DNA of 53,449 nt, taken from the NCBI GenBank assembly GCA_035371485.1, contig DAOOWV010000003.1, positions 1 through 53,449 of the forward strand. The letters are read 5' to 3'. This document shows positions 33,668 to 41,857 of the stretch, in pieces. This stretch comes from Candidatus Dojkabacteria bacterium. Lineage in GTDB: Bacteria; Patescibacteriota; Dojkabacteria; JAFGLO01. The notes under the pieces were generated by a model. The model searched no databases. It saw only the letters and a list, made by a program, of their open reading frames with translations, and was not told the DNA's origin. Positions within the stretch are counted from its first letter, which is position 1; the number at the start of each line of letters is the position of its first letter. The position numbers were made by a program, and so were the translations under genes.

Positions 33668-34018
33668 TTAGTTTACTTCCTTTTCTATTGAACTTTGCTT
33701 TCCTGTTGCCATTACTGGTTTTTCAGTAGTAACAGGAATATCTTTCTTTATTAAATTTTTAGATTTTGGAGGAAAAATTTTATCCCACAATCCACGTAAC
33801 TTTGGAGGTTCAGGTAATTTTGAAAGATTATCTCTTACTTTCCCATATACACCAGCTACCATACTTCCACTGTTTTTAACTACCTCTCCAAACTTTGCAA
33901 TATTCTCAGCTCCCACTTTTATAACCTTGGTTGCCTTGGGTAAAGATAAATCTTTAAATATACTCGATACTACCCCTAATCCTTTTTTAAACACTTCAAC
34001 TGGAAATGGCATATTCAT
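33668..34018 (-). CDS. hypothetical basic protein (116 aa), first gene of the hydrolase operon
   Basis: Lys/Gly/Val-rich amphipathic sequence (KVIKVGAENIAKFGEVVKNSG), similar in flavour to the N-termini of the 1003-aa and 201-aa ORFs. Confidence 0.5.
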   Translation of the reverse strand: MNMPFPVEVFKKGLGVVSSIFKDLSLPKATKVIKVGAENIAKFGEVVKNSGSMVAGVYGKVRDNLSKLPEPPKLRGLWDKIFPPKSKNLIKKDIPVTTEKPVMATGKQSSIEKEVN

Positions 34019-34242
34019 TATTGTAAAATGAAATTAAAAAAATGAGAGCATTGTCATATAATAGGTTGATCGTATTTACATAATAAATTTGTCTATAAAA
34101 ATACTCTCAAAACTAACGTTTAACACCAAAATCAGTTATTTTAATATAGCACTCTTTCAACAATATTGTCAAATAATAAAAAAAACTGCAGTCAAACCAT
34201 TATTGTGCTAAAATTAAAGTAATATTAAATAATTCACCATTT

Positions 34243-34998
34243 ATGAAGACGCTAAATAGTATTTTAAAAACACTATTTAAACCTAGTGACATAATAACTT
34301 TCTATTCATTACATCAAAAATTGAAGGCTCATGCAAAAACCCAGACCCTCCCCACTTCATACTCATTACCCAATTTCATCTCTTTTCCTAATGATTTTTG
34401 GAAACAGGTTATCACTCTTTACAAACAAACACTCTCAGATAAACTTGAACGTTCTATTTCTATTTTTCTATGGGAACAAAAGTATATATTCGCAACAACT
34501 ATAAAAGGTAGTTCATCAAAAGTTGAAATAAAGGGACAGATACGAGTAGCATATGAATTAAAAGATCAAAAACCTCCATTTACCTTTTTTAGAAAAATAT
34601 GGATTGACGATAAATTATATTCTCAACGACAAGTCTCTCAAAAACAAGTACCTAAAAACATAGATAAACCTTTATATTTATTTCACCTTCATACACATCT
34701 TCCACACAATTCGAGTGAATATAATAATAATGAGACAACAAATATTGGCGAGGATTTTACAGAAAAATACAACTATTCATATTGGTCAGCACAGGACATA
34801 AAAACATTTATTAATTCCAGCTCGATAATTACTGGTCTAATTACTGATAAATTCAGATTATTAGTCAAAACTGATAAGACTCCTACCTCAATTGTTCAGA
34901 TCACTGATGAAGAAATTTCTTCTGAAAAACTAAAAAGCCAACTCTATCTTATTGAATATAGCGGAAATTTTGGTCAGAATCTATCATTAAATAGTTAA
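34243..34998 (+). CDS. hypothetical protein, weak JAB/MPN-like HxH...SxxD signature
   Basis: LFHLHTHLPH ... YWSAQDI with an upstream Glu (FLWEQ). The spacing is longer than canonical JAMM, so the assignment is tentative. Confidence 0.45.
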   Translation: MKTLNSILKTLFKPSDIITFYSLHQKLKAHAKTQTLPTSYSLPNFISFPNDFWKQVITLYKQTLSDKLERSISIFLWEQKYIFATTIKGSSSKVEIKGQIRVAYELKDQKPPFTFFRKIWIDDKLYSQRQVSQKQVPKNIDKPLYLFHLHTHLPHNSSEYNNNETTNIGEDFTEKYNYSYWSAQDIKTFINSSSIITGLITDKFRLLVKTDKTPTSIVQITDEEISSEKLKSQLYLIEYSGNFGQNLSLNS

Positions 34999-35106
34999 AT
35001 ATATTAGCTATTCACTTATTACAGAACAACACACTTGTCAACCCTCTTGACAAATTTTACAAGCACTGTTAGAATGGTATTGTACATAAAATCAGTGTCA
35101 GCTAAA

Positions 35107-35742
35107 ATGCACAAAACTCAAACACTTTTACTTCAACTTTCACAAACTACCGACCTCTCAAACTTGACACTCCGTCAAATTGGAGCATTAATCGGCGAAC
35201 CCCATCCTCAAAATGTAAAACATCACTTGTGTCAATTAATAAGTAAAGGGCTTCTTGCCTCAAATTTAAAATATAAAGCTCATACAGAATTTGGAAGTAA
35301 AGCACTTGTTAATATTGATTTTGTAAATATACCGATTGTCGGTACCGCAAATTGCGGACCAGCAACTCACATTGCAGAGGAAAATCTTGAAGGGATGCTA
35401 ACCGTTTCCAGGGGCATACTAAAGAATAAAAATAAGGTTTTTGCAATTCAGGCTGACGGTAATTCTATGAATAAAGCAAATATTAATGGTAAGACAGTTG
35501 ATAATGGTGATTATGTTTTAGTTGATGGAGAAAAACGGTCACCACAAAACGGTGATTATGTCCTATCAATTATTGATGGATATGCAAACATAAAACGTTT
35601 TTATTTAGATAGAGAACATTCTCAAATTATGTTAAAATCCGAAAGCCAGCTTTCAATTCCACCAATCTTTATAGCCACTGAAGATTTTTCAGATTACATT
35701 GTTGCTGGAGAAGTGTTTGATGTACTTAAAAACAGTAAATAA
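35107..35742 (+). CDS. lexA: LexA-like repressor (wHTH plus S24 peptidase)
   Basis: wHTH LTLRQIGALIGEPHPQNVKHHLCQLISKGLL. S24 core with Ser in ADGNSM and Lys in ANIKRF. GDYVLVD and GDYVLSI beta strands. Start moved from TTG-35035 to ATG-35107. Confidence 0.8.
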   Translation: MHKTQTLLLQLSQTTDLSNLTLRQIGALIGEPHPQNVKHHLCQLISKGLLASNLKYKAHTEFGSKALVNIDFVNIPIVGTANCGPATHIAEENLEGMLTVSRGILKNKNKVFAIQADGNSMNKANINGKTVDNGDYVLVDGEKRSPQNGDYVLSIIDGYANIKRFYLDREHSQIMLKSESQLSIPPIFIATEDFSDYIVAGEVFDVLKNSK

Positions 35743-35745
35743 ATA

Positions 35746-36939
35746 ATGGAACCACTTGCTTCACTTTTCAGGCCGGATTGTTTAGAAAATTTTATTGGAC
35801 AGAAACACCTAATAGGACCTGATGGACCAATACGTACTCTTATAGAAAAAAGAGTTCTCCCATCAATGGTTTTTTGGGGACCTCCTGGCACTGGCAAAAC
35901 AACGCTGGCTTACATAATTTCTAAAGATTTACATTATAACTTCCACTACATGTCTGCTGTTAGTAGTGGTAAATCCAAATTACTAAAACTTATAAAAGAA
36001 GCTAGAGAACAACAAACTTTATTTAGCAAAAAAACCATCCTTTTTCTCGATGAAATTCACAGATGGAATAAAGCCCAACAAGATGCACTACTTCCTTTTG
36101 TTGAAAAAGGTACCATTACCTTAATTGGAGCTACAACAGAAAATCCCTCATTTTCACTAAATTCAGCCTTACTTTCACGAGTAAAAATATTCATTTTTGA
36201 GCCACAAACTGTTGAAGATATCACTACCAACCTAGAGAGAGTAATAAATAAACTAAAAGAAGAAAAGGGACTTGAAATTGGAGATAAAACAATAAGAATG
36301 ATAGCAGATTTAGCAAATGGAGACGTAAGATCAAGTTTAAGTATATTGGAGATCGCTATTTCACTTACTCCAAAAGGTAAAACTATTACGGAAGAAACTA
36401 TAAAAAAAGCTGTTCAGCGACAGATTTACCATGATAAGCATGGCGAAGAGCATTACAATATAATTTCAGCAATTCACAAATCGCTACGAAGCTCCAATCC
36501 CGATGCAGCTTGCTACTGGACAATGAGAATGCTTGAAGCAGGAGAAGATCCACGTTATATAGCACGAAGAATGGTAAGGTTTGCAAGTGAAGATATAGGG
36601 AATGCTGATCCTCAAGCTTTAATTTTAGCTATTACTGTTTACAACACCGTTGAAAAAATTGGTATGCCAGAATGTGATGCTTCATTAATGCAACTTGCTC
36701 AATATTTGGCAAAAGCACCCAAAGATAATAGTGCCTATGTTGTTGCACAAAAAACACGAGAAGATGTTAAAATACATGGTAATTTACCGGTACCTCTTCA
36801 CTTGCGTAATGCAGAAACCAAATTGATGAAGGATATTGGATATGGTAAAAATTATGAATACGACCACAATCTTGAAAACAAGAAATCCGATCAACAATGT
36901 ATGCCTGACAAGTTAAAAGACAGAAAATATTGGGATTAG
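35746..36939 (+). CDS. rarA: replication-associated recombination protein A (MgsA/RarA AAA+ ATPase)
   Basis: Walker A GPPGTGKTT, Walker B ILFLDEIHRWNK, and MgsA C-terminal domain DAACYWTMRMLEAGEDPRYIARRMVRFASEDIGNADP. Confidence 0.9.
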   Translation: MEPLASLFRPDCLENFIGQKHLIGPDGPIRTLIEKRVLPSMVFWGPPGTGKTTLAYIISKDLHYNFHYMSAVSSGKSKLLKLIKEAREQQTLFSKKTILFLDEIHRWNKAQQDALLPFVEKGTITLIGATTENPSFSLNSALLSRVKIFIFEPQTVEDITTNLERVINKLKEEKGLEIGDKTIRMIADLANGDVRSSLSILEIAISLTPKGKTITEETIKKAVQRQIYHDKHGEEHYNIISAIHKSLRSSNPDAACYWTMRMLEAGEDPRYIARRMVRFASEDIGNADPQALILAITVYNTVEKIGMPECDASLMQLAQYLAKAPKDNSAYVVAQKTREDVKIHGNLPVPLHLRNAETKLMKDIGYGKNYEYDHNLENKKSDQQCMPDKLKDRKYWD

Positions 36940-36997
36940 AAATTTTGAGTTTTAAGTTTTAAATTAAATATAATTTAAAATTCAGAATTTTTAAAGC

Positions 36998-37729
36998 ATG
37001 TTCCGTTTTTTTACTGAAAAACAAGAAATAAAAGATAATACCCTTTACATCACCAAAGAAAGTGATATCCATCATATAATTCATGTACTAAGGTTACAAA
37101 TTGGTAACGAAATAGAGGTAGTCTCAAACAATAATGTATATTTAGGTAAGATATTGAATTTTAATGATAACAAAATAAAGATACAGATTATTAATAAGTC
37201 TTGTTCTCCACAACAATCACAAAATCAAATAAGAATAAATCTTTTTCAATCTATAATTAAACCATCAAACTTTGAATTAATTTGTGAAAAGTGCACCGAA
37301 ATTGGTATTACTTCAATTACACCAATCGTTTCACAACATTCGCAATTTGCTGAAGAAGTATTCATTAAAAAAAATGAAAGATTTAATAAAATTTGTGAAG
37401 TTGCATCAAAACAATCAAAACGCACTACAATACCAAAGGTTAATAATCCAATTACTTTAAAACAAATTGAATTGATTAATACTTCGCTAAATATCATATT
37501 TGATAATACTGATTCATCTTCATCCCAGTCTATAAATTATTCCACTTTTGAAGAAATCAATTACTTTATCGGACCTGAAGGAGGTTGGGGAATAAATGAT
37601 CACGAAATATTCAAAACATTTCCCAATATGCTAAAAATATCTCTTGATGGAAACATTTTAAGAGCAGAGACTGCTTCAATTGTTGGACTAACAATAATAA
37701 AAATAAAAGCCAATTTGTGGAAAATATAA
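36998..37729 (+). CDS. rsmE: 16S rRNA (uracil1498-N3)-methyltransferase
   Basis: RsmE layout with a PUA-like N-terminus (HHIIHVLRLQIGNEIEV) and a SPOUT C-terminus with FIGPEGGW and LRAETA. Confidence 0.8.
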   Translation: MFRFFTEKQEIKDNTLYITKESDIHHIIHVLRLQIGNEIEVVSNNNVYLGKILNFNDNKIKIQIINKSCSPQQSQNQIRINLFQSIIKPSNFELICEKCTEIGITSITPIVSQHSQFAEEVFIKKNERFNKICEVASKQSKRTTIPKVNNPITLKQIELINTSLNIIFDNTDSSSSQSINYSTFEEINYFIGPEGGWGINDHEIFKTFPNMLKISLDGNILRAETASIVGLTIIKIKANLWKI

Positions 37730-37761
37730 TCCGTCAAAGAATTTTAAATATTACTGCAAAA

Positions 37762-38406
37762 TTATTCTTGAATTTGTAACAAATCACCCTCAACGATTCC
37801 AAACTTTTCAACTGTACCACCTGGTAACTCTAGTACCGAATAATAACTTCCATCTGGAGCGTAAATTGGGCATTCTTCAGTCTCACATATCGGTACAGAA
37901 TTAAAGATTGAGAAAACTTTATTCTCAGAATCTAAAAATAGAATATCAAGGGGAAACTTTACATCTTTCATGTGAAATCCACCTGTAGTATTTTCAGTAA
38001 AAGTAAATAACATTCCTTGATTCTCCCCAATTGAATCTCTGCCAGACAAACCGCTAGTTCTCGTTACATCATTATCTGCTACTTCAAGACTAAAGCTTCC
38101 TTTAATTGAACCAGAATTATTAATAATAGTGGCGTCTTTAGTAACCATGGCATTAGCATCCATATCAAGATTATAATTATTTATCACATCTTGGTATTGT
38201 TTTTGCATTTTTATTTGATTTTGGATATCCTCAAATTCTTTCTGATCTTTTGCAGAAATAAAACTTACAATAAAAACAGACAATATAAGGGTCAAGATAA
38301 ACCCAAAAACAATTATACTTCCTGTTGATCCAAGTACTGAAAAAGATTTCTTAACATCCCTCCAATAATCTTTTATCCAACTTGGAATTTTAACTTTTAC
38401 TTTCAT
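37762..38406 (-). CDS. DUF192 domain protein, membrane anchored
   Basis: N-terminal TM anchor, then GLSGRDSIGENQGMLFTF...FHMKDVKFPLDILFLD, typical of DUF192. Confidence 0.7.
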   Translation of the reverse strand: MKVKVKIPSWIKDYWRDVKKSFSVLGSTGSIIVFGFILTLILSVFIVSFISAKDQKEFEDIQNQIKMQKQYQDVINNYNLDMDANAMVTKDATIINNSGSIKGSFSLEVADNDVTRTSGLSGRDSIGENQGMLFTFTENTTGGFHMKDVKFPLDILFLDSENKVFSIFNSVPICETEECPIYAPDGSYYSVLELPGGTVEKFGIVEGDLLQIQE

Positions 38407-38503
38407 GCCATAAAAATAATAATCTTAAACATGGTGATTATACCATCATGAAAGTTAATTAGCGAATATTTACATTCAATAACAAGGACAAACCAAAAGC
38501 AGA

Positions 38504-40045
38504 TTATTTATAAAGATTAACTCCTCCCATTGAAATAGGAACAGGAATATTCAAGAGACCAAGTGCTGTTGGTGCAAAATCAGCAAGTTTTCCAATTGGT
38601 AATGTAATAGGAGCAAAACCATCTCCAACAATCATAAATGGAACTGGAAAGATTGAATGCTCTGTGTCCATCTCTCCTGTTTGAATATTTTTCATTTCTT
38701 CTGCATTACCATGATCAGCAGTTATCATTACAATTCCTCCTCTTGCCAACATCGCCTTTACTAGCTGTCCTACACAATAATCAACATACTCAATGGCTTT
38801 AATAGTAGCAGATATATTACCAGTATGTCCAACCATATCTCCATTTGCATAATTCAAAACAATAACATCATATCTGTCCATATTAATTGCCGATAATGTG
38901 GAATTTGTAACCTGAACAATACTCATTTCAGGCTTTTCATCATAAGTAACAACTTCACTTGGAGAAGGAATATTAATACGCTCTTCACCAAGAAATTTTA
39001 GGTTTTGGCCACCATTGAAAAAATAAGTTACATGAGGATATTTCTCAGATTCAGCAATTCTTAACTGGGTTAAACCTCTCTCAGCTAATACTCTACCAAG
39101 AGGTAACTGAATATTATTTCTAGGAAAAATGAGATTACTATATTGTTCAAGATTCTTTTGATAGGACATCATACTTGCAAAAAATATAGAGTCACCAATA
39201 TAGTCTCTTTTAAAACCATCAAACAAGGGATCAATCAATGATTTCGTAAGCTCAACTGCCCTATCAGCTCTAAAATTCATAAATAAGACCGAGTCACCAT
39301 TTTTTATTACCCCAAATTCTTCAATACAAAAAGGTTCAATAAATTCATCGGTTGTAGCCGTCAAGTAACCCTTTTCTAAAACCTCTTTCCAATTACTAAC
39401 TTTTTCTCCTTTTCCATCAACAAGCAACCTATAAGCTTTTTCAATCCTATCCCATCTTTTATCTCTATCCATTGCATAAGCTCTTCCAATAATTGATGCA
39501 ATTTTACCAACCCCTACTTCAGAAATCTTAGCTTCTAATTGTTCTAAATATTTACTTGCACCTTTGGGCTCGGAGTCTCTTCCATCTAAAAAACAATGAA
39601 AAAAAACCTCAATTCCTTTTGCTTTTTGTCCAATTATTTCTAATATTTTTAAGAAGTGTGAAATATGAGAGTGAGTCCCTCCATCACTTAGTAATCCCAT
39701 TATATGTAATCTTCCACCATTTTGTTGGGCAAAAGCAATAGAAGAATTTATTGCATTATTGGTATTTAAAACTCCTAGTTCGATTGCTTTATCTATCCTT
39801 AATAATGATTGATATACTATACTCCCAGCACCTAAGTTAGCATGTCCCACCTCACTATTTCCTTTCGTTCCAGAGGGTAACCCTACAAATTCTTCAGAAG
39901 CTTTTAAATATCCATGGGGGTAAGCACTCCACAGTCTTTCAAGATTGGGTGTCCTTGCCCTTGTTACTGCATTACCATCATTATCAAAAGTACCACCTAT
40001 CCCATCAAGAATAATCATCAATATTGGTCTTTTTAATTGACTCAT
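38504..40045 (-). CDS. gpmI: 2,3-bisphosphoglycerate-independent phosphoglycerate mutase
   Basis: LMIILDGIGG, GNSEVGHANLGAG (catalytic Ser), LLSDGGTHSH, ITADHGNAE. 513 aa. Confidence 0.9.
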   Translation of the reverse strand: MSQLKRPILMIILDGIGGTFDNDGNAVTRARTPNLERLWSAYPHGYLKASEEFVGLPSGTKGNSEVGHANLGAGSIVYQSLLRIDKAIELGVLNTNNAINSSIAFAQQNGGRLHIMGLLSDGGTHSHISHFLKILEIIGQKAKGIEVFFHCFLDGRDSEPKGASKYLEQLEAKISEVGVGKIASIIGRAYAMDRDKRWDRIEKAYRLLVDGKGEKVSNWKEVLEKGYLTATTDEFIEPFCIEEFGVIKNGDSVLFMNFRADRAVELTKSLIDPLFDGFKRDYIGDSIFFASMMSYQKNLEQYSNLIFPRNNIQLPLGRVLAERGLTQLRIAESEKYPHVTYFFNGGQNLKFLGEERINIPSPSEVVTYDEKPEMSIVQVTNSTLSAINMDRYDVIVLNYANGDMVGHTGNISATIKAIEYVDYCVGQLVKAMLARGGIVMITADHGNAEEMKNIQTGEMDTEHSIFPVPFMIVGDGFAPITLPIGKLADFAPTALGLLNIPVPISMGGVNLYK

Positions 40046-40189
40046 TCCTAATTTTCTTATTTTAAAATATCAAATACAAACTTCATCTATTTTTGACTTT
40101 TTATACTATCTGTGTTAACATTCCTCTGTTGAAAAACAACAAATTGTGCACGTTACTTTTTCATATTTTAATATTAGCATAAAACCGAA

Positions 40190-40516
40190 ATGAAAGAAAC
40201 TAAAGCAACCTCGTCCAAAATAACTGTTGGCGACAAAGTTACCGTATCATTTAAGATCGTTGAGAAAGACAAGGAAAGAATTCAGCTTTTCAAGGGATTA
40301 GTAATTGCAGAAAACGGATCCGGTAAAAATAGAAGTATAACTGTCAGAAAAGTAAGTTACGGTGTTGGAGTTGAAAGAGTTTTCCCCCTTAATTGTCCAT
40401 CTGTAGAAAAAGTCGAACTAGTATCAAAAGGAACTGTTAGAAGATCCAAATTGTACTACATGAGAGACAGAATTGGAAAGAAAGCTATGAAAATTTCTAA
40501 AGAAGAGATTCTTTAA
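40190..40516 (+). CDS. rplS: 50S ribosomal protein L19
   Basis: VGDKVTVSFKIVEKDKERIQLFKGLVIA...ITVRKVSYGVGVERVFPLNCPSVEKVELVSKGTVRRSKLYYMR. Confidence 0.9.
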   Translation: MKETKATSSKITVGDKVTVSFKIVEKDKERIQLFKGLVIAENGSGKNRSITVRKVSYGVGVERVFPLNCPSVEKVELVSKGTVRRSKLYYMRDRIGKKAMKISKEEIL

Positions 40517-40522
40517 TCCATA

Positions 40523-40723
40523 ATGGGAATTATCAAAGTTTTCAGAAACAAAATATTATCGAAGGGTCATTGTCCTTTTTGTTTGGCAAAATTATCTTTT
40601 ACTGCAAATGACCAAAAGATCTTTAGTGAAAATTTACCACAAGAAATACCTATTACCTGTGTATGTAAAAGAAAATACAGCTTTAATACAGAAACTCAGA
40701 AAATTACAATCACATCCAACTAA
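40523..40723 (+). CDS. hypothetical small zinc-ribbon-like protein
   Basis: 66 aa with CPFC ... CVCK cysteine pairs. Starts 6 nt after rplS. Confidence 0.45.
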   Translation: MGIIKVFRNKILSKGHCPFCLAKLSFTANDQKIFSENLPQEIPITCVCKRKYSFNTETQKITITSN

Positions 40724-40796
40724 GTCTTATACCATTTTCAAATAGAGATCAACCAAAACTTTTTCATTTTTCACTCTTCACTTTTCACTTGTAATA

Positions 40797-40910
40797 TACC
40801 GCTAAAGGGAGACTGCTTCCTTACGCAGGCTGGCCTCGATATTTATCGAGGAAAGTCGTTCCGAATACATGCAGGAACAAAAAGGACGGTTCGATTAACC
40901 GTAGCATCCA
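40797..40910. ncRNA. candidate structured RNA of unknown class (GC-rich, four hairpins, tRNA-like fragments)
   Basis: Hairpins: CTGC-8nt-GCAG (40814-40829), CCTCGAT-ATTT-ATCGAGG (40833-40850), GTTCC-11nt-GGAAC (40858-40878) and ACGGTT-CGATT-AACCGT (40886-40902). About half G+C in an AT-rich spacer. No ORF. Strand undetermined. Confidence 0.35.
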
Positions 40911-40922
40911 ACATATAAAAGA

Positions 40923-40950
40923 CTTATTACTTATCACCTATCACTTAACA
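40923..40950. repeat. degenerate heptamer array, 4 units
   Basis: CTTATTA CTTATCA CCTATCA CTTAACA, the reverse complement of the GTGATAA/GTGATAG family. Confidence 0.7.
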
Positions 40951-40953
40951 AAA

Positions 40954-41025
40954 TACCGCTACGGGGAATCGAACCCCGATTGCCGGATTGAAAATCCGAT
41001 GTCCTAACCGTTAGACGATAGCGGC
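40954..41025 (-). tRNA. tRNA-Glu (anticodon UUC)
   Basis: 72-nt cloverleaf folded by hand. Acceptor GCCGCTA/TAGCGGT (G1-U72 wobble), D arm GTCT-AACGGTTA-GGAC, anticodon arm TCGGA-TTTTCAA-TCCGG, variable CAAT, T arm CGGGG-TTCGATT-CCCCG. CCA is not encoded. Confidence 0.85.
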
Positions 41026-41207
41026 GTCAATTAAATAGTAACTATTTATCATTAACTAACAGATGGATTATACCCGAAAACAAAAAACTTGGCAAGAAAA
41101 TTTGTTCAATCATTTTCATTTGCTTGAATTTTTGTTATTATAGTTCTATAATGAAAAAGGATTAATGAATAATCCAGAAACATAAAAATATTTTATTATT
41201 TACTGCC

Positions 41208-41843
41208 ATGTCAGATTTTGAATTAGTTAAGGACGAAACACTAACAAACGAAGTTTTAAAAACAAGCAAAGGTAAAAATGTCTTGAAAAAAGTACTTGGA
41301 ATTATTGAACCTATTATTATTTCATTTTTATTGGCAATCTTTTCATGGTTATTTCTTGCAACTCCTCATGAAGTCTTCGGACAATCAATGGAACCAAACG
41401 TACACGATAAAAGCTTTGTAGTCGCAGCAAAACTAGCCTATAAGTTTGGAGATCCTCAAAGAGGAGATGTAATTATTTTTAAAAGAACAGAAACAAGAGA
41501 TTATATAAAAAGAGTAATTGGATTACCTGGTGAAAAGATCAGAATTGAAGATTGTAAAATATACATAAATGATTCACCTTTAGATGAATCGGCTTATTTA
41601 GCGAATTCAGTTTGCACATTGGGTGGAAGTTACCTGGAAACAAGTACAGATCAACAAAGATATGAAATAATAGTTCCTGAAAACAAATATTTTGTTGTTG
41701 GTGACAATAGAAATGGAAGCACCGATAGTAGAGATTTTGGCCCACAAGACATTTCACTATTTAAAGGAAAGGCTGTAATTGTCTTTTCTGGTGGAGTAAA
41801 AAAACAAGTCTTTACAATCTCAAGACCAAAATATAATATCTAA
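41208..41843 (+). CDS. lepB: signal peptidase I
   Basis: TM anchor, catalytic Ser in FGQSMEPN, Lys in YIKRVIGLPGEKI, and box E VVGDNRNGSTDSRDFG. Confidence 0.9.
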   Translation: MSDFELVKDETLTNEVLKTSKGKNVLKKVLGIIEPIIISFLLAIFSWLFLATPHEVFGQSMEPNVHDKSFVVAAKLAYKFGDPQRGDVIIFKRTETRDYIKRVIGLPGEKIRIEDCKIYINDSPLDESAYLANSVCTLGGSYLETSTDQQRYEIIVPENKYFVVGDNRNGSTDSRDFGPQDISLFKGKAVIVFSGGVKKQVFTISRPKYNI

Positions 41844-41857
41844 AATATTCCTTATTA

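Noticed and set aside
16495-34018. Labelling the island an integrative conjugative element or prophage
   Set aside because: No integrase, relaxase, VirB4, replication, capsid or terminase gene is present, and no flanking direct repeats or tRNA junction are visible. The only tRNA is 7 kb away. The mobile-element label is unsupported by what is in the window.
40797-40910. Calling the structured element an SRP (4.5S) RNA
   Set aside because: The GNRA loop plus GGAAGCAG resemblance sits near one end of the element, not at the apex of a long 5'/3' helix. The flanks are purine-rich repeat DNA that cannot form helix 5. It is kept only as an unclassified RNA candidate.
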